Shown piece by piece: positions 1 to 9,890 of a stretch of DNA of 64,000 nt. Source of the stretch: an uncultured Clostridia bacterium (GTDB lineage Bacteria; Bacillota; Clostridia; Christensenellales; CAG-917). Made by a program: the position numbers and the translations under genes. The notes beneath the pieces are model-generated. The model searched no databases. It worked only from the letters and a program-made list of their open reading frames with translations, and was not told the DNA's origin. Every line of letters starts with the position of its first letter. The stretch's first letter is position 1. Location: assembly GCA_947581925.1 (NCBI GenBank), contig CANPWB010000005.1, forward strand, positions 6,128 to 70,127, given 5' to 3'.

Positions 1-466
1 TTTTCACAAGCGTGCGCGCAATGGCTACGCGCTGTTTCTGTCCGCCCGAAAGCTCGTCGGGACGGCGGGCGGCGCAGTCCGTAAGCCCCACCTTTTCAAG
101 CGCGTCCTTCACCGCCTCGTCGTCGCGCTCGTCTTTGAGTTCGAGCGCAAGCGACACGTTTTGCTCCACCGTCAGCCCTTCGAGCAGACAGTAGTCTTGA
201 AATATAAAACCGACATAATCATCGCGGAAATTGTCGTAGTCCCGCTCACGAAAAGAGGAAAAAGCGTTGCCGTCCATGACTATGTCGCCCGCGGTCAGCT
301 TGTCGCATCCGCCTATCATGTTGAGGAGGGTGGACTTGCCGCAGCCGCTCTTGCCCACGACAAAGATCATTCCGCTGTCGGGCAGGGTAAAGGAGACGTT
401 GTCAAGCGCGACGACTTTTTTCTTTCCGCGCCCGTAAACTTTCGTGATGTTTTTTACTTCTATCAT
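1..466 (-). CDS. ABC transporter ATP-binding protein, N-terminal ~155 aa (3' end runs off the window)
   Basis: Not in the ORF track because there is no stop in the window. My reverse-complement translation from ATG 466-464 reads MIEVKNITKVYGRGKKKVVALDNVSF..GKSGCGKSTLLN (Walker A)..FIFQDY (Q-loop)..LSGGQKQRVAIAR (ABC signature). The listed + ORF 161..541 is its antisense shadow. Confidence 0.85.
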   Translation of the reverse strand, partial: MIEVKNITKVYGRGKKKVVALDNVSFTLPDSGMIFVVGKSGCGKSTLLNMIGGCDKLTAGDIVMDGNAFSSFRERDYDNFRDDYVGFIFQDYCLLEGLTVEQNVSLALELKDERDDEAVKDALEKVGLTDCAARRPDELSGGQKQRVAIARTLVK

Positions 467-623
467 ATCGTCCCGCAAAAACTTGATGATAAAATCATAT
501 CAAAAATATCGCCGCTTGACAATATAAATGCATTTGATTAAACGGCACGAAAATATGTTTTCAAAAACCAAGCACGAAAAGCGTTGGGAACTCGAACAGA
601 GAGGGGGAGATAGTTTCGGACTA

Positions 624-701
624 GGGGATGCTTCGACAGGCTCAGCATGACACTTTATTAACCTGTCATTCCGAGCGTAGCAAAGCGCTGTCGAGGAGTC
701 C
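624..701. repeat. P element: ~75-nt palindromic (MITE/REP-like) repeat
   Basis: GGGGATGCTTCGACAGGCTCAGCATGACA - 11 nt AT-rich - TGTCATTCCGAGCG..GTCGAGGAGTCC. The same two-arm architecture is seen at 9524-9591, 14269-14340 and 22079-22146, and in degenerate form at 27941-27999. Confidence 0.85.
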
Positions 702-717
702 TCTAGTGCGGCAGGTG

Positions 718-747
718 CCCCCACCCGCGAAAATTTCGCGGGTGGGG
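718..747. repeat. Perfect 14-bp-stem GC palindrome module
   Basis: CCCCACCCGCGAAA/TTTCGCGGGTGGGG. A related copy CACCCGCGAAATTTCGCGGGTG lies at 14405-14426, and variants lie at ~9931-9965 and (inverted) ~9670-9708. Confidence 0.8.
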
Positions 748-785
748 CACAATATACAAACTCTAGGACAATGTTTTCGTCAATA

Positions 786-898
786 TCAGGCTCTTACGCA
801 GGAGTTTTGACTCTTGCAAACAATCAAAAAACGCGCGAACTAGCGACAAAAGTTGCGACGTTCGCGCGTTTTTAGCTTGGGGTGCAGGGGACGAAGTC
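786..898 (-). repeat. T module copy 1 (terminator-bearing repeat, inverted relative to copies 2 and 4)
   Basis: ..CTCTTACGCAGGAGTT..AAAAAACGCGCGAAC-N19-GTTCGCGCGTTTTTAGCTTGGGGTGCAGGGGACGAAGTC. The 10-bp stem (831-840 with 860-869) is flanked by an A-run and a T-run. Confidence 0.85.
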
Positions 899-1138
899 AA
901 AAACAGCGGGCGTAAGCCCGTGTCTACCAAGCGCAAAAAATAGCGAGCCATGAGCATTTTTTTTGCTACGGCTCGCTTCTTGTCAAATGCAGAATTGCGA
1001 TGCGTTAAATTTTTTGCGCGCGGAGTGGCGCAGCAGCTTGCGGTGAGCCCTTATAGACCTTGCTCTGCAAGGGTCGCGGGCTCTGAGCAAATGCAAGCAG
1101 CCGAGGGAGCGGGGGCGGAGCCCCACATAAATAAAAAC

Positions 1139-1999
1139 CTACTTTTCCTCGTCGTCGGGAATGGAGTCAATGTCGGCGGTGGATTGGCGCTCGCCGATGT
1201 GCATATCCTCGATGGAGTAGGTCTTGATGTCGAAAGAGCCGTCCTTGAGCATGACCTTTACGCGGGCGGTCTGTTTGAGCAAGTCGTTGGATTCCACGGT
1301 ACCTTCGCCGTCGGGGGTATTGACTGTGCTGCCGACTTTTGGCATGAGCTTGTAGGTTTGAGCATAGTAGTCGTTTTCGTATTTGAGGCAGCACATAAGT
1401 CTTCCGCACACACCGTTTATCTTTTGCGGATTGAGGGAAAGTCCCTGTATCTTCGCCATTTTTATGGATACTTTTTCAAAGTCGGGCAAGTGGGTAGTGC
1501 AGCAGCAGGGGCGGCCGCAGGGCGCGAGAGCTCCGCGCATCTTGATGTCGTCGCGCTCGTAGATCTGGCGGAGGTCTATGCGGGTCTTGAATATTGAGGC
1601 AAGCACACGCACGAGCTCGCGGAAATCCACTCTGCCCTCGGCGGTGAAGTAGAAGATGAGCTTTGCGCGGTCGAAGGTATATTCGGCGTCAACGAGTTTC
1701 ATAGGGATGTTCATCTCGGTGATCTTTTCGTGCATTATTTTGAGCGCAGTCTCCTTGTCGGCGAGGTTTTTTTGAAGTTGCGCGACGTCCTCCTCAGTAG
1801 CTTTGCGCACGACGGGTTTCAAGGGTTGGACGATCTCGCTTTCGTCCACGTCCTTATTGGGGATCACGACGGTGGCGAACTCCAGCCCGCGCGGAGTTTC
1901 GACGATGACACCGTCGTCAAGCTGAAAATCTATGCCAATGGGGTCAAAATAGTAGACCTTTGCGGAATTTCTGTATTTGATACCGACTATTATTGCCAT
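1139..1999 (-). CDS. ricT: PSP1-domain protein RicT/YaaT
   Basis: 286-aa ORF with a Cys-rich PSP1 pattern (CGRPCCC.., CGRLMCCLKYE). It sits in the classic Firmicute position directly downstream of holB, and its start overlaps the holB stop. Confidence 0.85.
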   Translation of the reverse strand: MAIIVGIKYRNSAKVYYFDPIGIDFQLDDGVIVETPRGLEFATVVIPNKDVDESEIVQPLKPVVRKATEEDVAQLQKNLADKETALKIMHEKITEMNIPMKLVDAEYTFDRAKLIFYFTAEGRVDFRELVRVLASIFKTRIDLRQIYERDDIKMRGALAPCGRPCCCTTHLPDFEKVSIKMAKIQGLSLNPQKINGVCGRLMCCLKYENDYYAQTYKLMPKVGSTVNTPDGEGTVESNDLLKQTARVKVMLKDGSFDIKTYSIEDMHIGERQSTADIDSIPDDEEK

Positions 2000-2964
2000 T
2001 TATGTTTTACCTCCAGCATTTTGAAGAGAAGTGAATCTATCGTTGCCTGCAAGTTGACGTTGAGGCTCAACTTTTTGCGCACGAGATTTATTGCGGACAG
2101 TATTTCTGCCAGCGCGCGGTCGCTGTATTTCGCGCTTAGCGCGGGGATGTCGCCGCCGAGCAGTCCCGCCGTAGAGAGGGCAGGGTCGTGCTTATATACG
2201 AGCATATCCCTTATTATTATGGACAGGACGTCCAAAAATTCGTCCATATCCTTGACGGCTTGCACCGCGGGGGAAAGCTCGATTATGTCCGAGCTTTTGT
2301 TGAGGCGGGTGAGCAGGGAAGTCGCGGCGTCGTAGTAACCCACATACTCCGAGGAATCCGCGATGAGCAGCGCCTTGCCCGGCATACCGTTTGAACAGGC
2401 GGCGGCTACGGCGGCGGAATGTTCTTCCTTGCCCATCGAGACGAGCTCGTCATAGATAGCCTTTTCGTCAAAGCCGTCGAGGTAGACGGCGCGACTCCTC
2501 GAGCGTACCGTTTCGAGAAGGCTCAAGTCGTTTGCCACTCCAAGCAAAAACGTGACACCTTCGGGCGGCTCCTCGAGCGTTTTGAGCAGTTTGTTTTGCG
2601 CGGCAAGGTTCATGAGGTCGGCGCGGTGAACGAGATACAGCTTTTGTCCGCTCAGCCCGCGCATTTCGACGGACGAAACGAGGTCGGAGATTGTCTCTTT
2701 TTTTATCTCCGCGCGCTCCTTGTTGACGTGTATGACGTCCGCGTGGCTCATATGCAAAACCTTGCGGCACTCCGCGCAGGAGAGGCACGCGTTTTTGTTT
2801 GCGCAGAATACGGACGCGGCGACAAGCGTCAAAAAGCTGTCCGTGAGGTCGTCGTCCGCGCAAACTATGCGATAGGCGTGTCCGAGCCCTTTCTTGATGT
2901 CCGCAAGCATGAGCTCATATGCGCGCGACGATTTGAGAATGTTTTCAAAAAGCAGTTCGCTCAC
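1990..2964 (-). CDS. holB: DNA polymerase III subunit delta-prime
   Basis: 324 aa. It has a zinc module (CLSCAECRKV), KTLEEPP and ETVRSRS motifs. It overlaps the tmk stop by 4 nt. Confidence 0.8.
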   Translation of the reverse strand: MSELLFENILKSSRAYELMLADIKKGLGHAYRIVCADDDLTDSFLTLVAASVFCANKNACLSCAECRKVLHMSHADVIHVNKERAEIKKETISDLVSSVEMRGLSGQKLYLVHRADLMNLAAQNKLLKTLEEPPEGVTFLLGVANDLSLLETVRSRSRAVYLDGFDEKAIYDELVSMGKEEHSAAVAAACSNGMPGKALLIADSSEYVGYYDAATSLLTRLNKSSDIIELSPAVQAVKDMDEFLDVLSIIIRDMLVYKHDPALSTAGLLGGDIPALSAKYSDRALAEILSAINLVRKKLSLNVNLQATIDSLLFKMLEVKHKWQ

Positions 2965-3569
2965 CGTATCGCCCCTCTTTGCCTAAGCGCGTCAATTATA
3001 TTTTCGGACGTGACAAGTTTGTCCAAATCGGGTTTTATGCATACAAAACGCGACGGTGAAAGCGCTATTTCGTCAAGATAGCCCTTGTATACGCGCTCAA
3101 AAAAGTCGTCGGGTTGCTCCTCTATACGGTCGGCGCGGCGCTCGCCTCTCCAATTGCTTTTGGGAGGGAGATCGAGAAATACCGTGACGTCGGGCATACA
3201 GCCGTCTATGGCGTACGCGTTTATTTTTTTGACGACGTCCGCGCCCAAACCCCGCCCGTAGCCTTGATAGGCGACGGAGCTGTCGATATAGCGGTCGCAT
3301 ATGACAAGTTTGCCCTCTTTGAGCGCGGGCTTTATCACTTCGCCGACAAGCTGCGCGCGGCTCGCGGCATACAGCATAGCCTCCGTCACATACGACATGG
3401 CGGAGTTGGACTTGTCCAAAATTATGGCGCGTATCTTCTCCGATATCTCCGTGCTGCCGGGCTCGCGGATGTAGACGGCGTCTTGACCCGTCCTCAAAAG
3501 ATATTCTTTGAGCAGTCTGAGCTGCGTGGATTTGCCCACGCCCTCCGAACCTTCAAACGTAACAAACAT
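2961..3569 (-). CDS. tmk: Thymidylate kinase
   Basis: The ORF track extends to 3785, but the conserved N-terminus MFVTFEGSEGVGKSTQ (P-loop) starts at ATG 3569. A DRYIDSS motif is present. The 72 upstream codons look non-coding. Confidence 0.9.
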   Translation of the reverse strand: MFVTFEGSEGVGKSTQLRLLKEYLLRTGQDAVYIREPGSTEISEKIRAIILDKSNSAMSYVTEAMLYAASRAQLVGEVIKPALKEGKLVICDRYIDSSVAYQGYGRGLGADVVKKINAYAIDGCMPDVTVFLDLPPKSNWRGERRADRIEEQPDDFFERVYKGYLDEIALSPSRFVCIKPDLDKLVTSENIIDALRQRGAIR

Positions 3570-3913
3570 GGCGTACTTTTCCTTTTTTACAGTGTAACAC
3601 AAATTTTCGCGCATAACAAGTAAAAGCGCACATTTATGCGATAGCCGCCGCAAGTTTTGACGTAGCGCCCGGGCGTCCGCCCATGAGATAGGCGCAGAAT
3701 TTTTCAATAGGTCAAACGAAATCAGGCGCGAGAAACAGATTGCCGAAAAGGCCAACATTATATGAGAGAGGTTTCCCGCTTGCATACGATATCAAACCTC
3801 AAGAAACAAATCGCGTATGTTCGAGAAGGTTTCTCTTGACTTGATATAGGTTTTTGTATTAAACTTAATTTATTATAAATGTAAACGGTAAAAGTATTTT
3901 TTCGAGGCGAGCT

Positions 3914-6334
3914 ATGGATTTCAAGCAGATCGAAGAAAAATGGCAGAAGAAGTGGGCTGAGACAAAGCTCTACAAATTCGACAGGAACAGAGTTGACAAA
4001 AAGTATTATTGTCTCGAGATGTTCTCCTATCCTTCGGGCGCGAAGCTCCACGCTGGGCATTGGTACAACTACGGGCCCGCGGATACTTTCGCGCGGTTCA
4101 AGCGCATGCAGGGATACGAAGTTTTCCAGCCCATGGGCTTTGACGCGTTCGGGCTCCCCGCCGAGAATTACGCCATAAAGACGGGCATACACCCCGAGGA
4201 CAGCACCCTCAAAAACATCGCCACTATGGAGGCGCAACTCAAGCGTATAGGCGCGACCTACGATTGGGACTATGAGATAAAGACCTGCCTCCCCGACTAC
4301 TACAAGTGGACGCAGTGGATGTTTTTGCAGCTTTATAAGCACGGACTTGCCTATCAAAAGGAAGCGCCCGTCAATTGGTGCCCATCCTGCAATACCGTGC
4401 TCGCAAACGAGCAAGCGCAGGGCGGAGTGTGCGACAGATGCGGCAGTACCGTCACGCATAAAAATCTGACGCAATGGTTTTTCAAGATAACCGCATATGC
4501 GGACGAGCTGCTCGACGGCCTCGACAAGCTGGATTGGCCCGAAAAGACAAAGCTCATGCAAAAGAATTGGATAGGCAGGAGCTACGGCGGCGAGATAGTT
4601 TTCGACGTCAAGGGCAGCGAGGAGAAGATACACGTGTTCACGACGCGCGCGGACACGGTGTTCGGCGTGACGTACGTTGTGCTCGCCCCCGAAAGCCCGC
4701 TCGTGGACCGACTCACCACACCCGCACAAAAAGAGGCGGTTGAGGCGTACAGGAAGAAGGCGGCGGAGGCTACCGAGATAGACAGGATGAGCTCCACGCG
4801 CGAAAAGACGGGCGTACCCACGGGCAGTTTTGCGATAAATCCCGTAAACGGCAGGGAAGTGCCAATACTCGTCGCGGATTATGTCATAGCAAGCTACGGC
4901 ACAGGCGCGGTCATGGGCGTCGCGGCTCACGACGAGCGCGACTATGTTTTCGCAAGCAAGCTCGGCTTGCCAATAGAGAGAGTCATCAAGGGCGAAGAGG
5001 GACAGGACGATACGTTGCCCTTCACGGAGTACGGTACGCTTGTGAACAGCGGCGAATTTGACGGACTCAAGTCCGAGGACGCAAAACTCGCCATACTCAA
5101 AAAGCTCGAGAGCGAGGGCAAGGGCTGTCTAAAGACGAACTACCGTCTGCGCGATTGGCTTGTGAGCCGTCAGAGATATTGGGGCGCGCCCATACCCGTC
5201 ATACACTGCGAGCATTGCGGCGCGGTGCCCGTCCCCGAGAAAGACCTGCCCGTGTTGCTGCCAAAAAACGTGAACTTCACGCCAAACGGCGAATCCCCGC
5301 TCAAGAAGTGCGATGAATTCATGCACACCACTTGCCCCGTATGCGGCAGGCCCGCGCTCAGGGACGCGGATACGCTTGACACTTTCGTGTGCTCAAGTTG
5401 GTATTATCTGCGCTATCCCGACAGCAAAAACGCGGACGCGCCCTTCGACAGCGAGTGGATAAACAAGATGCTGCCCGTTGACAAGTACATCGGCGGCGCG
5501 GAGCACGCCTGTATGCACCTTCTCTACGCGCGTTTCTTCACGAAAGTATTGAGGGACCTCGGCTATTTGAATTTTGACGAACCTTTCCTCTCCCTCGTGC
5601 ATCAAGGCACCATTTTGGGACCGGACGGAAACAAGATGAGCAAGAGCAAGGGCAACGTAGTCTCCCCCGACGACAGCATACAGAAGTACGGCGCGGACGC
5701 GTTCAGACTTTATCTGATGTTCGGGTTCAACTATGTCGAAGGCGGACCGTGGAACGACAGCGGTCTCGAGGCTATCTCGAGATTTATCGACAGGGTGGAG
5801 AGACTTGTCAAAAAGTGCTTTGAAAACTTTGTATCCGCGCACTTCGGAAAGGCGGAAAAGGAGCTCAACAGAGTGCGCCACCTCACCATAAAGAGCGTGA
5901 CGAACGACCTCGAGCACTTCTCCTTCAACACCGCTGTAGCGAGGCTTATGGAGTTTGTAAACGCGATATATGCCTACGACTCCTCCGTCCCGCAAAAGAA
6001 CGCCATATTCAAAGATTGCGTGCGCGACCTCGTGTTGTTGCTCGCTCCCTTTGCGCCGCACTGCGCGGAGGAGCTTTGGGAGATGCTGGGCGAAAAGTAT
6101 TCGGTTTTCAACGCGCCGTATCCCGTATGCGACGAGAAGGCGACGGTGCTTGACGAAGTGGAGCTCGCGGTGCAGATAAACAGCAAGATGCGCGCAAAGG
6201 TGACCGTCCCCACGGACGCGGACAGCGCGACGATAGAGGCGGCGGCTGTGGAAGCCGTCAAGGATATGCTTGGGGACAAGCCCGTCAAGAAGGTCATAGT
6301 CGTCAAGGGCAGACTTGTGAACATTATCGCATAA
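3914..6334 (+). CDS. leuS: Leucyl-tRNA synthetase
   Basis: 806 aa with a HIGH-type motif (HAGHWYNY), KMSKS (NKMSKSKGN) and a CP1 editing insertion. Full length. Confidence 0.97.
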   Translation: MDFKQIEEKWQKKWAETKLYKFDRNRVDKKYYCLEMFSYPSGAKLHAGHWYNYGPADTFARFKRMQGYEVFQPMGFDAFGLPAENYAIKTGIHPEDSTLKNIATMEAQLKRIGATYDWDYEIKTCLPDYYKWTQWMFLQLYKHGLAYQKEAPVNWCPSCNTVLANEQAQGGVCDRCGSTVTHKNLTQWFFKITAYADELLDGLDKLDWPEKTKLMQKNWIGRSYGGEIVFDVKGSEEKIHVFTTRADTVFGVTYVVLAPESPLVDRLTTPAQKEAVEAYRKKAAEATEIDRMSSTREKTGVPTGSFAINPVNGREVPILVADYVIASYGTGAVMGVAAHDERDYVFASKLGLPIERVIKGEEGQDDTLPFTEYGTLVNSGEFDGLKSEDAKLAILKKLESEGKGCLKTNYRLRDWLVSRQRYWGAPIPVIHCEHCGAVPVPEKDLPVLLPKNVNFTPNGESPLKKCDEFMHTTCPVCGRPALRDADTLDTFVCSSWYYLRYPDSKNADAPFDSEWINKMLPVDKYIGGAEHACMHLLYARFFTKVLRDLGYLNFDEPFLSLVHQGTILGPDGNKMSKSKGNVVSPDDSIQKYGADAFRLYLMFGFNYVEGGPWNDSGLEAISRFIDRVERLVKKCFENFVSAHFGKAEKELNRVRHLTIKSVTNDLEHFSFNTAVARLMEFVNAIYAYDSSVPQKNAIFKDCVRDLVLLLAPFAPHCAEELWEMLGEKYSVFNAPYPVCDEKATVLDEVELAVQINSKMRAKVTVPTDADSATIEAAAVEAVKDMLGDKPVKKVIVVKGRLVNIIA

Positions 6335-6347
6335 AATCGAGGATATC

Positions 6348-6378
6348 TGCAAAAAAGCGGGGTTTATCTCCGCAAAAT
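6348..6378 (+). promoter_or_regulatory. Conserved GCAAAA-direct-repeat motif (copy upstream of serS)
   Basis: TGCAAAAAAGCGGGGTTTATCTCCGCAAAAT. 27 of 31 aligned positions are identical to 17400-17430. The two GCAAAA cores are 23 nt apart, and CGGGG/CTCCG can form a small hairpin. Confidence 0.45.
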
Positions 6379-6435
6379 CGCACGATAAAGTGCGCGAAAT
6401 GAAAATTCTTATTGCGTATTGTAAAGGAGACGCAT

Positions 6436-7722
6436 ATGTTGGACCTTGTAAAAATCAGGAGCAACTCGCAAGCCGTCGCGGACGCGCTTGCAAAAAAAGG
6501 CTATAAGGCGGACTTTTCCCGCATAATCGAGTGGGACGATCAGCGCAAAGCCACTATCACCGAGATAGAGGCGCTCAAGGCGCAAAAGAACAAGATCTCC
6601 GCTCAGATCCCAGTGCTCAAAAAGTCGGGGCAGCCTGTGGAGCCCATCTTCGAGGAGATGAGAAAGCTGGGCGACGAGATAGCGGCGGGCGACGCAAAGA
6701 TAAGCGCGCTCATTTCAAACATAAACGACGCGTTGGCGGCAATGCCGAATGTCCCCGACGACGACCTGCTCCCCGGCGAGAAGGAGAACAATCAAGTCAT
6801 ACGCATAGTAGGAGAACAGCCCAAATTCGACTTTCCACTCAAAAATCATGTGGACATCTGCACGGAGCTCGGACTCATCGACTATGAGCGAGGCGTAAAG
6901 CTCAGCGGCAACGGCTTTTGGATATACAGAGGTATGGGCGCGAGGCTGGAGTGGGCGCTGCTCAACTATTTCATAGAGGAGCATCTCTCGGACGGCTATG
7001 AGTTTATCCTGCCGCCATATCAGCTCGGCTACAATTGCGGGTTCGGCGCGGGGCAATTTCCCAAATTCAGCGACGAAGTATATTGGTTGGACGTGGACGA
7101 GGACAGGAAGCGCAACAGATTTATGCTCCCCACGGCGGAGACCGCGCTCGTCAATATGTACGCGGGCGAGATAATAGACGAGAGCAAGCTGCCCATGAAA
7201 TTCTTCGCGTATTCGCCCTGTTTCAGAAAGGAGGCGGGCAGCGCGCGCACAGAGGAGCGCGGCATGATACGCGGACATCAATTCAACAAGATAGAGATGG
7301 TGCAATACGCGCACCCCGAACACAGCATGGAGGCGTTTGAGGAGCTTGTGGAAAAGGCGGCGAGGCTTGTGGAAAAGCTGGGACTGCACTTCCGCATAAG
7401 CAAGCTCGCGGCGGGAGACTGCTCCGCGTCCATGGCGAGGACGTACGACGTCGAGCTTTGGATCCCGTCCATGGGCATATACAAAGAGTGCTCGTCCGTC
7501 TCAAACGCGAACGACTATCAAGCGAGGCGCAACAACACCCGCTATCGCGACTCCAAGACGGGCAAACCCGCGTATGTGCATACCTTAAACGGCAGCGGAC
7601 TTGCTACGTCCCGCCTCATCCCCGCAATTGTGGAGCAATATCAAAACGCGGACGGCAGCGTCACTGTGCCCGAAGTACTGCGCAAGTTTATGGGCGGCAT
7701 AGATAAGATAGAAAAACAATAA
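6436..7722 (+). CDS. serS: Seryl-tRNA synthetase
   Basis: Class II motifs (FRKEAGS..RGMIRGHQF; GSGLATSR) and an N-terminal coiled-coil arm. An AAGGAGA RBS sits 7 nt before ATG 6436, so I dropped the 8 codons from TTG 6412. Confidence 0.95.
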   Translation: MLDLVKIRSNSQAVADALAKKGYKADFSRIIEWDDQRKATITEIEALKAQKNKISAQIPVLKKSGQPVEPIFEEMRKLGDEIAAGDAKISALISNINDALAAMPNVPDDDLLPGEKENNQVIRIVGEQPKFDFPLKNHVDICTELGLIDYERGVKLSGNGFWIYRGMGARLEWALLNYFIEEHLSDGYEFILPPYQLGYNCGFGAGQFPKFSDEVYWLDVDEDRKRNRFMLPTAETALVNMYAGEIIDESKLPMKFFAYSPCFRKEAGSARTEERGMIRGHQFNKIEMVQYAHPEHSMEAFEELVEKAARLVEKLGLHFRISKLAAGDCSASMARTYDVELWIPSMGIYKECSSVSNANDYQARRNNTRYRDSKTGKPAYVHTLNGSGLATSRLIPAIVEQYQNADGSVTVPEVLRKFMGGIDKIEKQ

Positions 7723-7794
7723 AATGAAGCAAGGTAGGGGGCTTTACCCTTTCCGCTTTAATAAAACAAAAATATTTAAAAAGGGGGAAACCTT

Positions 7795-9105
7795 ATGAAA
7801 GAAAAACTGCAAAAGTATACCGACGAGGCATACGGCATGGTAGAGTACGCCGCGAACGAGATCGGACAGCGCGTACCCGGCACGGACGGCGAGAAGAAGT
7901 TCCAAGACTATCTTGCGGACAAGTTCAGAGAGATCGGACTTCAGCCAAAGAGTGAAAAATTCATCTTTGCGCCTCGCAGTTCTATCGGCGGACTTCCTTA
8001 TGCAGGCTGGGGCGGCATCATTATGGCGGCTCTGCTCATTTTGGCGACGCTTGGCTCGCAACTGGGCGCCGGCATTGGCATAGCGCTGTACTTCTTTGCG
8101 GCGTTGTACGGCGTCGCGCTGTGGACATGGGTCATCTTGAGTGTTTTCAAGTACAAAACCTGGTTCGACTGGTGCTTTAAGCAGGAAGTCTCATACAACA
8201 CTTATGCCGAGCTGCTGCCAAAAGACGGGAAGTACAACTACACCATCTACCTCACGGGTCATACAGACACAAGCTGGACGCTCAAGCACTCCGCGGCAAG
8301 AAACAACTTCATCATCATCGTTCTCAAGATAGGCATAGGCGCGATATCAGTCGGACTCATCACCGCGCTCGCAGTCCTCAACTTTGTGCTGTATATGATG
8401 TATGTCTATATGCGCGGCGCAAGTCCCGAGGTGATGGATGCGATCGGCAAGGCGCTTGACATTTTGTATTACATAGTGGTGTTCGGCTGCCCCGTGCTTA
8501 TGGTCGGCTCCTATATGCTCTGCCTCTACAACGAGAAGAACCCCCGCGTCGCGTCCCCCGGCGCAATGGACAACGCTACGGGCGTCGCAATCGCGTATGA
8601 AACAATCAAATATTACAAGGAAAATCCCGAAGAGGCTCCCGCAGGCTGCCGTATTATCGCAATGGGCTGCGGCGCTGAAGAGTCGGGACTCAGAGGATCC
8701 ATCAATTTCGTCCGCGCGCACAAGAACGACGGCATGCTCGAAAACGCCTACCACATCAACATCGACTCCATCGCGGACAAGGAGTTCTTCGAGGTCATCC
8801 ACGGCGACGCATGGCTCTGCCCGCACTTTGACAAGGATATGACCGCAATGGCGTTCGAGGCTATGAAAGAGGCGGGCATAGAAAAGCCCGGCGACATAGC
8901 AAACCCCGTCGGCGGCTGCGACTCCACGCCTTTCCAAAAGGCAGGCGTACCCTCCGTCACCCTCGCCGCGCAAAACCCCGTCATGACGGACTATTACCAC
9001 ACCCTCTACGACGTCCCCGAACGCTTTGAAGCGGAAACGGTAGGCAAGGGCCTCGACATCACCCTGCGCCTCGTCAAGAAGATCGAGCAAAGCCGCAAGG
9101 CGTAA
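7795..9105 (+). CDS. M28-family metallopeptidase with membrane-helix insertion
   Basis: 436 aa. M28 ligand motifs appear in order: TGHTDT, PGAMDNATG, GAEESGLRGS, NIDS, YHTLYD. Hydrophobic helices are present both N-terminal to the first motif and inserted between the first and second motifs. Confidence 0.7.
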   Translation: MKEKLQKYTDEAYGMVEYAANEIGQRVPGTDGEKKFQDYLADKFREIGLQPKSEKFIFAPRSSIGGLPYAGWGGIIMAALLILATLGSQLGAGIGIALYFFAALYGVALWTWVILSVFKYKTWFDWCFKQEVSYNTYAELLPKDGKYNYTIYLTGHTDTSWTLKHSAARNNFIIIVLKIGIGAISVGLITALAVLNFVLYMMYVYMRGASPEVMDAIGKALDILYYIVVFGCPVLMVGSYMLCLYNEKNPRVASPGAMDNATGVAIAYETIKYYKENPEEAPAGCRIIAMGCGAEESGLRGSINFVRAHKNDGMLENAYHINIDSIADKEFFEVIHGDAWLCPHFDKDMTAMAFEAMKEAGIEKPGDIANPVGGCDSTPFQKAGVPSVTLAAQNPVMTDYYHTLYDVPERFEAETVGKGLDITLRLVKKIEQSRKA

Positions 9106-9116
9106 ATTGTTTATGC

Positions 9117-9290
9117 GGGGCTCCTCTCCCCGCGCGCCCCATGCAGGGCTACTCGCCCCGCACCTCAGCAAGGGACTTCGTCCCCTGCACCCCAAGCTAA
9201 AAACGCGCGAACGTCGTGACTTTTGTCACTAGTTCGCGCGTTTTTGATTTGTATGTAAGAGCCAAACTCCTGCGTGAGAGCTTAATATTG
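9117..9290 (+). repeat. T module copy 2 (begins 11 nt after the stop of the M28 gene)
   Basis: ..CTACTCGCCCCGCACCTCAGCAAGGGACTTCGTCCCCTGCACCCCAAGCTAAAAACGCGCGAAC-N19-GTTCGCGCGTTTTTGATT..AACTCCTGCGTGAGAGCTT. The stem 9203-9212 with 9232-9241 has an inner GTGAC/GTCAC stem and a T-run, so it also looks like the intrinsic terminator of the upstream gene. Confidence 0.85.
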
Positions 9291-9339
9291 ACGGACGTTT
9301 TGTCTGAGTGATTAACGCTCCCTCTGTCCGAGCTTTCTC

Positions 9340-9468
9340 GGGGTCCCCACTAAATTACGCAGTGATTTAGTGGGGTATTTGATCGGGGTCCCCACTAAAT
9401 TACGCAGTGATTTAGTAGGGTATTTGATCGGGGTCCCCATAAAATTACGCAGTGATTTTATGGGGTAT
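9340..9468 (+). repeat. Tandem 45-nt repeat x3, each unit an 11-bp-stem hairpin (H module)
   Basis: The unit is GGGGTCCCCACTAAATTACGCAGTGATTTAGTGGGGTATTTGATC, with starts at 9340, 9385 and 9430. The third unit has compensatory changes (CCCCATAAAAT/ATTTTATGGGG). Confidence 0.9.
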
Positions 9469-9523
9469 AACAGGGGGGTGATGTTTCGACTCCTTACCCC
9501 ACAAAAACATTTCATATTTTTGC

Positions 9524-9591
9524 GGGGACCCCGTATCGCTCAACATGACAGAATATTTATAATGTCATTCCGAGCTTGTCGAGGAATCCCC
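9524..9591. repeat. P element copy
   Basis: GGGGACCCCGTATCGCTCAACATGACA - gaatatttataa - TGTCATTCCGAGCTTGTCGAGGAATCCCC. This is the same arrangement as 22079-22146. Confidence 0.85.
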
Positions 9592-9890
9592 AAGTCCTCA
9601 TCCAAAAAATTATTTCGTAATTATTTTGGGGACCCCGTAATACTTCTATCTTGCGTTACGCTAGATAACAGTGACCCCCACCACCGCCTATTCGGCGGAG
9701 CCTCCCCTAAACTTATGAAACTTTCCTACACTAACGCTGTAAAGGGGTATGCCCAAATTGGAAAATTTAAAAAGTTTGTCTGGGCAAATAACGTAACCTC
9801 CTGTCTGAGCGTTCTTATACACGTTCTTTGCCATGTCCGAGCGTAGGCCTCGCCCTTCGACAACGCCTGTATAGAAACGATATCGGGGGT

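Larger units (their letters stand above)
541..960. repeat. Intergenic repeat array A (short version of the composite non-coding element family)
   Basis: Contains a palindromic P element (624-701), a GC palindrome (718-747) and a T module (786-898). All three have close copies in the arrays at 9.1, 13.9 and 21.8 kb. Confidence 0.85.

Noticed and set aside
161-541. 126-aa plus-strand ORF at the left edge.
   Set aside because: The reverse strand translates into an ABC ATPase with Walker A, Q-loop and signature motifs, so this ORF is the antisense frame.
3570-3913. T-box or other leader riboswitch upstream of leuS (and of serS, cysS, asnS, aspS).
   Set aside because: I saw no T-box core (GGTGGTACCGCG-like) or specifier-loop arrangement. 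The other four leaders are under ~100 nt. A covariance-model scan would be needed to be definitive.
3758-4930. 390-aa minus-strand ORF overlapping the leuS 5' half, plus 5393-6352 opposite its 3' half.
   Set aside because: These are antisense shadows of a full-length, motif-complete leuS.
9340-9468. Possible CRISPR array (regularly spaced palindromic repeats).
   Set aside because: The units are contiguous 45-mers with a constant 14-nt linker. There are no unique spacers, only three units and no cas genes in the window.
9370-9846. ORFs inside the repeat arrays (9312-9515, 9370-9846, 10049-10351, 13922-14311, 14131-14337, 22182-22424).
   Set aside because: Their sequences are translations of the repeat modules (e.g. 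reiterated GTPIKYPTKSLRNLV). They lack RBS context and change frame and strand between array copies.
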